Counted from the first letter of the stretch, positions 48,657 to 58,860 are shown. The stretch is DNA of 64,000 nt from an uncultured Woeseiaceae bacterium (GCA_963976215.1 CAXBJV010000014.1:6158-70157); one strand, 5' to 3'. The notes: generated from the sequence alone by a model not told the origin. Numbers and translations are program-made.

Positions 48657-48798
48657 GGTTGTCTCCAGAGTTGACGTGCTGGAGACAGGATGCTTGTCGA
48701 CGCAGTTTGGATTCGGCTGCAGGCCGCATGCATTTGGTAGTGTCGTTGTTAACGACGCCTAGCTTTCTCATCAGCCATTGAGATCTTGACTAACTCCC

Positions 48799-49563
48799 TC
48801 AAGCACGCTGAATGGTTCCGGGGCGGACAAAGATGTAATTCCGGTGATGAATACCCGGCCGGGCATGTTCGTAGTCAGCGAACTCAGAGTATTTGACCAA
48901 TTCGCAGCGCCCTTTGTTAAACCAACTGCGATGATCTTCCTGGGTCACATGAAAGAAATAGCCTTCGTAGCCCAGTGACACCAGGAACTCGAATAACTCG
49001 CCACTCTTTGCTTCGACGTCATGGCACTCGAACAGCAGCGTCGGATGATCGCGTTTGAGCATGTCAGCGCCGCCCTGAAAAACCGGCAGCTCATGTCCCT
49101 CGACATCGCACTTGATAAAACTGATCGGGCCAACCTTGTTGTCTCTTATGTAGTCATCGAGTCGAATCACCGGTATATCAATTTCGTCCAACCCTTTTCC
49201 AAGTTCGTTGTGAAAGCTTGCCATGCCCGAGCCCGCCTTGTCGCGAAGCATTTTCAATACACCCGGTTCCGAAGACAGCCCCTTGTTCACCAACGTCATG
49301 TTGTCGAGACCAAAACTCTCCTTAACATTCAAGAGGTGCGGCCCCAGTTCCGGTTGCGCTTCAAATGCGATCAGTCGCCCATTCTTTCCTGCTGCCCGGG
49401 CCATGTATATTGAATACACGCCTTTATTGGCACCGATATCCAGCACGGTCGTGCCTGCCAGATCCGCTTGCCGAACGTACTCGATGCAGGTCACTTCCGA
49501 CTTGAATCGCAGCCGCCAGCAGCGGTGTATCATGTGCAGCTTGTCCCAAACGCTTAGCGCCAT
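48799..49563 (-). CDS. FkbM family SAM-dependent methyltransferase
   Basis: 254 aa with VLDIGANKGVYS and IKCDVEGHE. Confidence 0.8.
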   Translation of the reverse strand: MALSVWDKLHMIHRCWRLRFKSEVTCIEYVRQADLAGTTVLDIGANKGVYSIYMARAAGKNGRLIAFEAQPELGPHLLNVKESFGLDNMTLVNKGLSSEPGVLKMLRDKAGSGMASFHNELGKGLDEIDIPVIRLDDYIRDNKVGPISFIKCDVEGHELPVFQGGADMLKRDHPTLLFECHDVEAKSGELFEFLVSLGYEGYFFHVTQEDHRSWFNKGRCELVKYSEFADYEHARPGIHHRNYIFVRPGTIQRA

Positions 49564-49668
49564 TTTGATCTCGTTTCATCGTGTTTTCGGCACCGATTGT
49601 CGCATACACTCGCCGCTATGCCAGCTACACGGTGATACTCTGAGCTAACACAAAAAACAGGAATCGGC

Positions 49669-50154
49669 ATGACAGCCTTCAGAATCAACGATAAACCGTT
49701 TTCATTCGACGGCGACGACAGCACACCATTGTTATGGGTCATTCGCGATGAACTGAACATGACCGGCACCAAGTATGGTTGCGGTATCGGTCAGTGCGGT
49801 GCCTGTACCGTGCACATCAATGGCAAGGCGCAGCGCTCCTGTATCACACCGGTTGCCGCTGTCGCCGATCAAACCATCACAACAATCGAGGGCCTTGCGA
49901 AATCGGATGACGATCTGCACCCGGTGCAACGAGCCTGGCTGGAGTTTGATGTGCCGCAATGTGGCTACTGCCAGGCCGGCCAGATCATGGCTACGGTCGA
50001 CTTCCTGAAGCGATTCCCGAACCCCAGTGATGACGATATTGATAGCAACATGACTAACATTTGTCGTTGCGGCACCTACGCGCGAATTCGCAAGGCCATT
50101 CACCGCGCTGCCGAACTGAGCAGACAAGCCAGCGAGACAGGAGACAGCCAATGA
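49669..50154 (+). CDS. (2Fe-2S)-binding small subunit of a molybdopterin oxidoreductase (IorA-like)
   Basis: 161 aa with CGIGQCGACTV and CRCGTY. Confidence 0.9.
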   Translation: MTAFRINDKPFSFDGDDSTPLLWVIRDELNMTGTKYGCGIGQCGACTVHINGKAQRSCITPVAAVADQTITTIEGLAKSDDDLHPVQRAWLEFDVPQCGYCQAGQIMATVDFLKRFPNPSDDDIDSNMTNICRCGTYARIRKAIHRAAELSRQASETGDSQ

Positions 50155-52382
50155 ATGTCGCCAACGAAACGCTCGCCCTTAACCGACGTGAATTCCTGAT
50201 CGCTGGCGCGACGGCCGCCGGCGGTTTTCTTCTTGGCCTGCCGCACATTGGATCAGCGAAAGATGCAGACGGCGGCAAGATCGGCTTCTTCGTGCAGATA
50301 GAACCGGATGGCAAAATTATCATTGGCTCGAACCAGCCGGAAATCGGACAGGGTGTTCGCACCGCCCTGCCGATGCTCGTCGCCGAGGAACTCGATGTCG
50401 ACTGGTCGCAGGTCAGCATTCGCCAGATGCCGCTCGGCATTGTCAAGGTTGACGAAGGCTATACCTGGAAGTACGGCGGCCAGGGCGTCGGCGGCAGCAC
50501 CGGCCTGACCAGTAACTGGGACTACATGCGCGAGGTCGGTGCAACTGCACGCGGCCAGTTGATCAAAGCGGCAGCGCAGCGACTCAATGTCGACGAGTCC
50601 GATTGCAGCACACGACCCGGCGTTGTGGTTTGCGAGTCACTCAATATCGAAATCCCCTACGGTGACCTCGCCAGCGATGCTGCGGCATTGCCACTACCCG
50701 AAGAAAGTCCGCCGCTGAAGTCCATTGATGACTACCGCATCGTCGGCACGCGTCTCAAAACCATCGATGCACGCGACATCGTGACCGGGAAAACGAAGTA
50801 CGGTGTCGATACCGTGCAACCCGACATGCGATATGCGGTAATCGCGCGTGCACCGGTGCTGAATGCAACGGTGAAGGGCTTCGACGATACCAAGGCACGC
50901 AAGGTCTCCGGTGTGCTCGATGTCTTCGAGATAAAGGGTCCCGCTATGGGAGAGCCTTATCTGATTCTGGCCAGCGGTGTCGCGGTTGTCGCAACATCGA
51001 CCTGGGCGGCGATGCAGGGTCGCGATGCCTTGTCCATCGAATGGCATGACAGTCCCAGTGCTTCCGACAGTACCGACGCGTTCTGGGAAGAAAACGAGGC
51101 GATGCTGGACGGCGAGGGTCAGGTCGTTCTTGACGATGGAGATTTTCCTGCGGCCATGGCGGCGGCCGACAAGACCGTCACACGGCGTTATCGTGTGCCG
51201 TTTGTCAATCATGCGCCGCTCGAGCCGCAGAACTGCTACGCGTACGTGCAGGAAGATAAGTGCCACATCATAGCGCCGACGCAGTCGCCCAGCGGCGCGT
51301 CCCGTTCCGCTCACGCAGTCACCGGCATTGCTCGTGAAAATATTCACGTCGACATGACGCGTGTCGGCGGCGGGTTCGGCCGCAGGCTGACCACAGACTA
51401 CGTTGCCGAAGCGGCAATGATTTCGAAGCACACGGGCTGGCCGATCAAGCTCATGTGGTCACGCGAAGACGATGTCAAAAACGACTTCTATCGGCCGGCT
51501 GGCGTACATGAAATGCAGGCTGGCCTGGACTCGGCAGGTAAGGTCACGGCATGGACGCAGCGGCTGGCGAGTGCCAGCAAGTACTATCGGCGACCCAACA
51601 TGCCGGACGAAAACCTGTTTGGCGCCGAGTTGTACATCGATGATTTTCCACGCCGCATTGTCGAAAACCTGCGGCTGGAGTACTTCAATCACAAGATCGG
51701 CCTGCCACGAGGATCCTGGCGCGCGCCGGCACATACGGCAAACGCCTGGGTCATACAAAGCTTCATTGACGAAATCGCACATGAATCCGGGCAGGACCCG
51801 TTGGCATTGCGGCTTGAATTGTATGGCGAAGAACGTGAACTTGAATACACGAATCACGGCGCACCCACGTTTAACCCGGGCCGGCTGGCGAGGCTCGCAA
51901 AGTTTGTGGCGGAACGCATCGGCTACGGAAAAGAGTTGCCCGACGGCCACGGCATTGGCATCGCGAGCCACTTCACATTTGGCGGTTACTGTGCGCACGC
52001 GATAGAGGTTAGTGTGACCGATGGTCGTCTGAGTATCGAACGTATCGTCGCGGCCATAGACTGTGGTCTTGCCGTGCACCCGAATGCCGTCGAAGCTCAG
52101 TTGCAGGGCGGCACTATCGATGGAATCAGTACCGCATTGGGGCTGCAAATTACGGTCAAGGACGGACAGGTCCAGCAATCAAATTTTCACGACTACCCGC
52201 TCGCGCGCATTGCCCGGTTCCCGGAACGTTTTGAGGCACACATACTGCCGTACAACGATACGCCGACGGGCGTCGGCGAAATGGGCCTGCCTACAGCAGC
52301 GCCGGCGTTAACCAATGCAATCTTCAATGCGACGGGCTTGCGAATTCGCTCACTGCCGATCAGTGAGCACCTGCAGGTTTAG
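50151..52382 (+). CDS. Molybdopterin-binding large subunit, xanthine dehydrogenase/aldehyde oxidase family (IorB-like), Tat signal
   Basis: The start at [19 protein letters not shown] makes an ATGA overlap with the small-subunit stop. 743 aa. Confidence 0.9.
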   Translation: MNVANETLALNRREFLIAGATAAGGFLLGLPHIGSAKDADGGKIGFFVQIEPDGKIIIGSNQPEIGQGVRTALPMLVAEELDVDWSQVSIRQMPLGIVKVDEGYTWKYGGQGVGGSTGLTSNWDYMREVGATARGQLIKAAAQRLNVDESDCSTRPGVVVCESLNIEIPYGDLASDAAALPLPEESPPLKSIDDYRIVGTRLKTIDARDIVTGKTKYGVDTVQPDMRYAVIARAPVLNATVKGFDDTKARKVSGVLDVFEIKGPAMGEPYLILASGVAVVATSTWAAMQGRDALSIEWHDSPSASDSTDAFWEENEAMLDGEGQVVLDDGDFPAAMAAADKTVTRRYRVPFVNHAPLEPQNCYAYVQEDKCHIIAPTQSPSGASRSAHAVTGIARENIHVDMTRVGGGFGRRLTTDYVAEAAMISKHTGWPIKLMWSREDDVKNDFYRPAGVHEMQAGLDSAGKVTAWTQRLASASKYYRRPNMPDENLFGAELYIDDFPRRIVENLRLEYFNHKIGLPRGSWRAPAHTANAWVIQSFIDEIAHESGQDPLALRLELYGEERELEYTNHGAPTFNPGRLARLAKFVAERIGYGKELPDGHGIGIASHFTFGGYCAHAIEVSVTDGRLSIERIVAAIDCGLAVHPNAVEAQLQGGTIDGISTALGLQITVKDGQVQQSNFHDYPLARIARFPERFEAHILPYNDTPTGVGEMGLPTAAPALTNAIFNATGLRIRSLPISEHLQV

Positions 52383-52408
52383 GCGCGTTGCTCGACGCGT
52401 TAACAGCG

Positions 52409-53311
52409 CTAGAGGCTGAGTTGCACCAGTAAATAGTGGTCGATCAACAATGCCGCGAACAGGAAGCCCAGGTAGCTGATGGAATACTTGAACATGTCCA
52501 TCGGCAGATCGGCGTCATCATGGTCGAGGTACATGCGTACCGCGTAGTACAGAAAGTAGCCGCCGAGAATTACAGCACTGGCCAGGTAGATCAGGCCGCT
52601 CATGCCGATCAGGTACGGCAGTACGGTGATCACCAGCAACAGAATCGTGTACAGCAGGATATTGAGTCGTGTGTACGCCTCGCCATGTGTTACCGGCAGC
52701 ATCGGGATATCCACTTTGGCGTACTCTTCCTTACGCGCGATGGCAAGCGCCCAGAAATGCGGCGGCGTCCAGATAAAGATGATCAGGAACAGCAACAAGG
52801 CACCGCTGGTTACTTCATTGGTGATCGCGGCCCAGCCAAGTACCGGAGGCGCCGCCCCCGCTGCACCACCAATAACAATATTCTGTGGCGTCGCGTGTTT
52901 CAGCCAGACCGTGTACACAACGGCGTAGCCAATCAGTGAGAGGAACGTCAGTACCGCGGTCAATGGGTTGACCAGGTACCAGAGGATGACCATCGAGATC
53001 GCCCCGATTGTGAAACCGAAGGTCAACGCTTCGGTCGCGGTCAGTTTTTGCTGTGGCAGCGGCCGGGCACGGGTGCGTGACATCTGAATATCGGTGCGCG
53101 CATCAAGGACATGATTGAAAACAGCCGCCGACGAGGAGGCCATGCCGATACCGAGGGTGCCGAAGAACAATGCGCCGAGATCCGGAAGTCCCGGCACGGA
53201 CAGGAACATACCGACGATTGCCGTAAACACGATCAGCATGACGACACGAGGCTTGGTCAGCTCGTAGTAGTCGCGCCAGCTTCTGGCTTGTGTTTCGACG
53301 TTGGTATTCAC
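52409..53311 (-). CDS. cyoE: Protohaem IX farnesyltransferase (haem O synthase)
   Basis: 300 aa of the UbiA superfamily, starting [10 protein letters not shown]. It lies at the distal end of the cox cluster. Confidence 0.9.
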   Translation of the reverse strand: MNTNVETQARSWRDYYELTKPRVVMLIVFTAIVGMFLSVPGLPDLGALFFGTLGIGMASSSAAVFNHVLDARTDIQMSRTRARPLPQQKLTATEALTFGFTIGAISMVILWYLVNPLTAVLTFLSLIGYAVVYTVWLKHATPQNIVIGGAAGAAPPVLGWAAITNEVTSGALLLFLIIFIWTPPHFWALAIARKEEYAKVDIPMLPVTHGEAYTRLNILLYTILLLVITVLPYLIGMSGLIYLASAVILGGYFLYYAVRMYLDHDDADLPMDMFKYSISYLGFLFAALLIDHYLLVQLSL

Positions 53312-53313
53312 GC

Positions 53314-53886
53314 TCAGCCTATTCGAGACAGCTTTAATAGCCGCTTCATGTCTTCGACAATCAAGCTCGGGTAAGTGTCGGGCTCGAAATACATCACGAG
53401 GTTGCCCAGTGGATCTACCAGGAAGTAACCCCCTGCCGTTAATTCTGCAGGTTTCTTGTTATTCAGCAATGAGGATAAACCGCTATCCTCAAGGGTCATG
53501 AGCCCCGCATGCTCATTTGTCAGAAACACTGTATCGGGCGACGTTGCGCCATGCAACCAGACACGCTTCAGGCGGTCCATCTCCTTGCCGAGCATCTTGC
53601 GCAGCTGGCGAGTCGTGTACAGGGCCTGGGTGCAGGCTGTCCCACACGCCGCCTCGTCGTTGTAGATCAGCAGCCAGTAGCCATCGCCGAGTTCACGAAT
53701 GCGGGATTCGGGCAGGCTTTCGGGGATATTGATGATCGGCTCGAGTAGTGCGCCGTGATTAGTACGCCCCTCGGGCTGCAATGCCCCGCCGTAGTACATA
53801 AATGCGGCGACCAGCAGCGGGCCCAAGAATACGCTGGCGATGACCAGCATCTGCAGGCGAGCCCAGGTGGTTTTCTTCTCAGTCAT
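53314..53886 (-). CDS. Cox-cluster membrane-anchored hypothetical protein
   Basis: The start [20 protein letters not shown] makes an ATGA overlap with the SURF1 stop. It has one TM segment and a CGTAC motif. Confidence 0.6.
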   Translation of the reverse strand: MTEKKTTWARLQMLVIASVFLGPLLVAAFMYYGGALQPEGRTNHGALLEPIINIPESLPESRIRELGDGYWLLIYNDEAACGTACTQALYTTRQLRKMLGKEMDRLKRVWLHGATSPDTVFLTNEHAGLMTLEDSGLSSLLNNKKPAELTAGGYFLVDPLGNLVMYFEPDTYPSLIVEDMKRLLKLSRIG

Positions 53887-54599
53887 GAATCGAATCGCTT
53901 TTTGCGGTAGTTCAGAGCCAACAGAAATGACAGGACAGCGGCCATCGCAAACCATTGCAATGCGTAGCCAAAATGCTTCGCCGGCGATAATCCGGGCGGC
54001 ACCCAGTGCCGGAAAAAGCCGTTGGCATCGTCGGGGTCCAGCAGTAACACAAAGGGCTGGACTTTGCGGCCCAGCGCCTGCTCGATTTCCTCCGCCGACG
54101 GATAGACAGCGTACTTTGGCCAGTCGGATGACGGGTTTATCGCTGCTCCCATCTTGTAGCCTGCCCGCGGCAGCCAGCCAGCGCGACCGCGCACTGTGAC
54201 GATCTCGTCCGGTAGTGCAAACAGACCCGCGTCCAGATCGCCGGATTCCTTTGGCACCCAGCCCCGATTGACGAGCAGCAGTGGCGCATCGGCGGCAACA
54301 ATCATTGGTGTGATGATGTTGTAGCCATAGCGGCTTTCGTCAACGATGATGTTTTCAAGAACGAACTGGTGTTCGGCGTCGTATCGGCCATCCACCTTGA
54401 GCTGCTGGAATGAGCGCACTTCCCGGCCGTCCTGCCAGAGGCTAAAGCTGCTTTCATCGTGAAAAGCATTGCGTTCAGCGCGTTTGTCGATGCCCTTGGT
54501 TAACTGCCAAACGCCGAGGCCTGTAAATTGCACGACGATAAAAAAACCGACCACCAGTGGCAGCCAGCGCGGCAGGGGCTTTTTGCTTTTCGTGTTCAC
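53883..54599 (-). CDS. SURF1 family cytochrome oxidase assembly protein
   Basis: 238 aa with N- and C-terminal TM segments and the motif GLGVWQL. Confidence 0.8.
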   Translation of the reverse strand: MNTKSKKPLPRWLPLVVGFFIVVQFTGLGVWQLTKGIDKRAERNAFHDESSFSLWQDGREVRSFQQLKVDGRYDAEHQFVLENIIVDESRYGYNIITPMIVAADAPLLLVNRGWVPKESGDLDAGLFALPDEIVTVRGRAGWLPRAGYKMGAAINPSSDWPKYAVYPSAEEIEQALGRKVQPFVLLLDPDDANGFFRHWVPPGLSPAKHFGYALQWFAMAAVLSFLLALNYRKKRFDS

Positions 54600-54634
54600 T
54601 GTATACTGCGCGCTCGAACCCTAAGGCATGCTCT

Positions 54635-54841
54635 ATGAAATTCGTCATCTTCGCACTGTTGGCCGCCATACTCATCAGCCTGGGGTCAGGTCTCTGGTAC
54701 CTGTCCCGCGATAACGCCGACTCCACCAAGGTGCTCAAAGCACTGAAAATCCGCGTCGCACTTTCAGTGCTGTTGATGCTGGTCCTGGTGGCCGCGTACT
54801 TCCTGGGCTGGATCGAAGCCCCCAGCCCCCAAATACGGTGA
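54635..54841 (+). CDS. Twin-TM small protein (DUF2909-like)
   Basis: 68 aa from MKFVIFALLAAILISLG with two TM helices. It occupies the usual opposite-strand position inside cox clusters. Confidence 0.7.
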   Translation: MKFVIFALLAAILISLGSGLWYLSRDNADSTKVLKALKIRVALSVLLMLVLVAAYFLGWIEAPSPQIR

Positions 54842-54936
54842 AAATACGGAAAATACGGTGACAGTGACCTAATTTGCAGAGCGAATTAGGGTCACTGTCA
54901 CCAGATTTTGCAAATTGGGTCACTGTCACCGTATTT
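54831..54936. repeat. Nested palindromic (REP/BIME-like) element and bidirectional terminator between convergent genes
   Basis: Three copies of the core GGTGACAGTGACC (one forward at 54857-54869, two reverse at 54890-54902 and 54918-54930). AAATACGG occurs three times (54831, 54842, 54851). Two mutually exclusive ~18-19-bp stems are possible. Confidence 0.7.
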
Positions 54937-54938
54937 AG

Positions 54939-55808
54939 TTACATCCAGTAGACGAATACGTACAGTCCGACCCAGACTACGTCAACAAAGTGCCAGTACC
55001 AGGCCACGGCCTCGAAGCCGAAGTGATTATCAGCGGAAAAGTGGCCTTTAACGACACGGAACCAGATTACGGTCAGCATGATCGCGCCAATCGTGACGTG
55101 CATGCCATGGAAACCTGTCAGCATGAAAAACGTCGAGCCGTAAATGCCTGACGTGAGCTTGAGATTGTAGTGCTCGTAGGCCTCGATGTACTCGACACCC
55201 TGCAGGTAGACAAAGATGAAGCCCAGGATAAAGGTCAGTGCGAGGAATGCGGTCAGTTGCGCACGTTTGCCGGCAATCAGTGCATGGTGCGCAATCGTAA
55301 TGGTTATCGAGCTGGTCAGCAGTAGAGCAGTATTGATCAACGGCAGTCCGAATGGGCCCATGGCCTGGTACTCGCCACCGACATTGCCCGGACCGTTGCT
55401 CGGCCAGGTGCTCTCGTAACCTTCCCACAACAGCATGTTGGTAAAAAAGTTGTTGCTGTCGCCACCGAGCCATGGAATCGACATGTTACGAGCGTAAAAC
55501 AGTGCACCAAAGAACGCTGCGAAGAACATGACCTCGGAAAAGATGAACCAGAACATGCCCTGTCTGAACGACTTGTCTACCTGATCATTGTAGAGTCCAC
55601 CAACGCTTTCGCTGATAACCGTGCCGAACCAGCCGGCAAGCATGAAAATAATCACGGCGAAACCGGCCAGCATAATGTAGAAGCCAGTACCAGCGCCGTT
55701 CAGCCAGCTCGATACGCCGACCATCATGAATAGCAGTCCGATTGAGCCAACGATGGGCCAATGACTTCCGTGGGGAACGTAGTAGCGATCGTCTGTGTGT
55801 GTCGTCAT
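54939..55808 (-). CDS. coxC: Cytochrome c oxidase subunit III
   Basis: 289 aa with seven TM segments and the C-terminus WYWHFVDVVW. Confidence 0.95.
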   Translation of the reverse strand: MTTHTDDRYYVPHGSHWPIVGSIGLLFMMVGVSSWLNGAGTGFYIMLAGFAVIIFMLAGWFGTVISESVGGLYNDQVDKSFRQGMFWFIFSEVMFFAAFFGALFYARNMSIPWLGGDSNNFFTNMLLWEGYESTWPSNGPGNVGGEYQAMGPFGLPLINTALLLTSSITITIAHHALIAGKRAQLTAFLALTFILGFIFVYLQGVEYIEAYEHYNLKLTSGIYGSTFFMLTGFHGMHVTIGAIMLTVIWFRVVKGHFSADNHFGFEAVAWYWHFVDVVWVGLYVFVYWM

Positions 55809-55809
55809 T

Positions 55810-56361
55810 CTAATTCTCTGTGTTCGCGGCTAGTCGCGAGGTGTCGAAAAAAGTGTACTGCAAGGTAATGGTGTCGACGTACTCCGGCAGGTCCGGGTCG
55901 ACAATAAATTGCAGTGGCATTGCACGTGCTTCGTCCGCGACAAATTCCTGGCTCTCGAAGCAGAAGCATTCAATCTTGGTAAAGTGCTCCGCCGCAGAAG
56001 TCGGCGCGACGCTCGGCACTGCCTGGGCAATCTTTGCTTTGCTTGTGAGGTTTTTCGCCGTGAAAGTCGCGTAGTACATCTTGCCGGGGTTAACGGTCAT
56101 GCTGTCGGCGTCGGCGGCGAACTCGAACTGCGCATATTCATTCGTCGATGTAACAAACTCTATGCGGATTTCCCGGCTCAGGTCCGGCGCTTCAAGAGCC
56201 GCAACGGCCTCGGTGTTGGTACGGCCACCGAACCCGGTGATTTCACAGAACACATCGTACAGCGGCACCAGCGCAAAGCCGAACGCGAAACTGCCGGCGA
56301 CGAGCAACAGTAACTGTGCGACCAGTGTGCGGTTGTTACGACTCTCAGGCACGTAAAACAC
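55810..56361 (-). CDS. ctaG: Cytochrome c oxidase assembly protein Cox11/CtaG
   Basis: 183 aa with [13 protein letters not shown] and KIECFCF. Confidence 0.9.
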   Translation of the reverse strand: MFYVPESRNNRTLVAQLLLLVAGSFAFGFALVPLYDVFCEITGFGGRTNTEAVAALEAPDLSREIRIEFVTSTNEYAQFEFAADADSMTVNPGKMYYATFTAKNLTSKAKIAQAVPSVAPTSAAEHFTKIECFCFESQEFVADEARAMPLQFIVDPDLPEYVDTITLQYTFFDTSRLAANTEN

Positions 56362-56455
56362 CCATCAGTATGAAGCCCAAATAGAACGCAAGCGCAATTG
56401 CCGCGACAATCAATGTCGTGCGGCGAATACGTTTCTTGCGTTCAACCTCGTCCAT
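56345..56455 (-). CDS. 36-aa single-TM micro-protein between coxA and ctaG
   Basis: [36 protein letters not shown]. The ATG lies 2 nt after the coxA stop and the ORF overlaps the ctaG start by 17 nt. Confidence 0.45.
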   Translation of the reverse strand: MDEVERKKRIRRTTLIVAAIALAFYLGFILMGVLRA

Positions 56456-56457
56456 CT

Positions 56458-58071
56458 CTACTCGAAGGCCTCGTTGGCGATGCGCGCTTTCGGCGGAGTG
56501 TCGAATGTATGGAACGGTGCCGGTGACGGTACGGTCCATTCGAGCCCGTGCGAGCCTTCCCAGACTCGATCGGTTGCCTTCGCGCCCTTCTTCGAAGTCA
56601 GCAATACCCAGACGAACAGCAGCTGCGACATGCCAAAGCCTATCGCTCCAATACTGGCGACAGTATTAAAGTCGGCGAACTGAGTGGAGTAGTCCGGAAT
56701 ACGACGCGGCATTCCGGCGAGGCCCAGGAAGTGCATCGGGAAGAAGGTCAGGTTTACGAAGATTGTTGACGCCCAGAAGTGCACTTTGCCGAGCGTCTCG
56801 TTGTACATGAAGCCGGTCCACTTCGGCAGCCAATAGTAGGCAGCGGCCATAATGGCGAAGACCGAGCCGGGCACCAGCACGTAGTGAAAGTGCGCCACGA
56901 CAAAATAGGTGTCGTGGTACTGCACGTCCGCCGGCTGCACCGCAAGCATCAGGCCGGAAAACCCGCCGATCGAAAACAGGAACACGAACGCCAGTGAAAA
57001 CAGCATCGGTGTTTCGAAGGTCATCGAGCCACGCCACATTGTGGCGACCCAGTTGAAGATCTTCACGCCGGTCGGTACTGCGATCAGCATGGTTGCGAAC
57101 ATGAAGAACAGCTGGCCGGTCAATGGCATGCCCACGGTAAACATGTGGTGTGCCCAGACGATGAACGACAGGAACGCGATACACGAGGCTGCGTAGACCA
57201 TCGAGTCGTGACCGAAAAGTTTCTTGCGTGAGAACGTCGGAATGATCTCTGACACGACACCGAATGCCGGCAGAATCATGATGTACACCTCGGGATGACC
57301 GAAGAACCAGAAAATGTGCTGGAACATCACCGGGTCACCGCCACCTGCTGCGAGGAAAAAGCTGGTGCCGAAGAACTGGTCGGTCAGCAGCATGGTCACG
57401 GCACCGGCAAGTACCGGCATGACCGCGATCAGCAGGTAGGCTGTGATCAGCCAGGTCCAGACGAACATCGGCATTTTCAGAAGCGACATGTCCGGGGCGC
57501 GCATGTTGATGATGGTCACGATCACGTTGATTGCACCCATGATCGACGACAGTCCCATCAGGTGAACCGAGAAAATCAGGAACGGGAATGAGTCACCTGT
57601 CTGCAGCACCAGCGGTGGATACATTGTCCAGCCACCCGCCGGCGAACCACCTGGCATGAGCAGTGTGGACAGCAAAATGCCGAATGCCACCGGCAATATC
57701 CAGAACGACCAGTTGTTCATGCGCGGTAACGCCATGTCCGGCGCGCCGATCATCAGCGGAATCATCCAGTTCGCGAGCCCGACAAAAGCCGGCATGACCG
57801 CACCGAAGACCATGATCAAAGCGTGCATGGTCGTCATCTGGTTGAAGAATTCCGGGTGTACAAACTGCAGGCCTGGAATCGCGAGCTCGGAGCGTATGAC
57901 CATGGCCATGGCGCCGCCGATAAAGAACATCGTAAGGCTGAAAATCAGGTACAGCGTGCCAATGTCTTTGTGGTTGGTTGAGAACAACCAGCGACCGATA
58001 CCTTTGGCCGGTCCGTGGTCGTCGTGATGGTCGTCATGAGCGACGCCTGCGTCTGTAACTGCTGTATTCAT
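56458..58071 (-). CDS. coxA: Cytochrome c oxidase subunit I (aa3-type)
   Basis: 537 aa with WFFGHPEVYI and VWAHHMF. Confidence 0.97.
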   Translation of the reverse strand: MNTAVTDAGVAHDDHHDDHGPAKGIGRWLFSTNHKDIGTLYLIFSLTMFFIGGAMAMVIRSELAIPGLQFVHPEFFNQMTTMHALIMVFGAVMPAFVGLANWMIPLMIGAPDMALPRMNNWSFWILPVAFGILLSTLLMPGGSPAGGWTMYPPLVLQTGDSFPFLIFSVHLMGLSSIMGAINVIVTIINMRAPDMSLLKMPMFVWTWLITAYLLIAVMPVLAGAVTMLLTDQFFGTSFFLAAGGGDPVMFQHIFWFFGHPEVYIMILPAFGVVSEIIPTFSRKKLFGHDSMVYAASCIAFLSFIVWAHHMFTVGMPLTGQLFFMFATMLIAVPTGVKIFNWVATMWRGSMTFETPMLFSLAFVFLFSIGGFSGLMLAVQPADVQYHDTYFVVAHFHYVLVPGSVFAIMAAAYYWLPKWTGFMYNETLGKVHFWASTIFVNLTFFPMHFLGLAGMPRRIPDYSTQFADFNTVASIGAIGFGMSQLLFVWVLLTSKKGAKATDRVWEGSHGLEWTVPSPAPFHTFDTPPKARIANEAFE

Positions 58072-58074
58072 TTA

Positions 58075-58860
58075 TTAAAGCTCCGTGTCGCGGCTGGCGA
58101 CCCAGGCGTCATACGCCTCGGGCTCGACAACTTCGACAACGATTGGCATATAGCCGTGATCCTTGCCACACAATTCGGCGCATTGGCCGCGGTAAGTTCC
58201 GGTCTCATTTGCCCGGAACCAGGTTTCGTTCACCATGCCGGGAATCGCGTCCTTCTTGATTGCAAGCTCCGGAACCCACCAGGAATGAATCACATCGTTT
58301 GCGGTGAGCAGCAGGCGCACCTTGGCGCCGCGCGGAACGACGACCGGGTTATCGACATCGAGAAGGTAGTTCGGTACCGAGAACGGGTCGATTTCTGCTT
58401 GCTTGCGCCGTGCTGCGAGGCTCGACTGTGCGAGGCTTGAATAAAAATCGACACCAGTGTCCTGGTATTTGTAGTGCCACTTCCATTGATAGCCGGTAAT
58501 GACGATGGACAAGTCCGGGTCGCGCGCGTCCTCGAGTTTCACCATGGTTTCGGCGGTCGGTACCGCCATCAGGATGAGAATCACAACCGGAATCGCCGTC
58601 CAGATAACTTCCGCCGTGGTGCTGTGAGAAAAACTGGCCGGCTCAGCACCTTTCGATTTACGGTGTTTGAATAACGAGTAAATCATCACGCCGAACACGA
58701 CGATGGCGATGGCAACACACCACCAGAAAACCATCATGTGCAGGCCATAAGTCTCGAGACTGAGGTCAGTGACGCCTTTGGGCATGTTCACCGCCCAATC
58801 AGCTTTCGCCGTGCCAGCCAAAACGAGGCCAAGCAAGCCCAGGGTTAAATTTCGTATCAT
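58075..58860 (-). CDS. coxB: Cytochrome c oxidase subunit II (no fused cytochrome c domain)
   Basis: Start at MIRNLTLGLLGL, giving 261 aa. CuA motif HSWWVPEL...CAELCGKDHGYM. Confidence 0.9.
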   Translation of the reverse strand: MIRNLTLGLLGLVLAGTAKADWAVNMPKGVTDLSLETYGLHMMVFWWCVAIAIVVFGVMIYSLFKHRKSKGAEPASFSHSTTAEVIWTAIPVVILILMAVPTAETMVKLEDARDPDLSIVITGYQWKWHYKYQDTGVDFYSSLAQSSLAARRKQAEIDPFSVPNYLLDVDNPVVVPRGAKVRLLLTANDVIHSWWVPELAIKKDAIPGMVNETWFRANETGTYRGQCAELCGKDHGYMPIVVEVVEPEAYDAWVASRDTEL

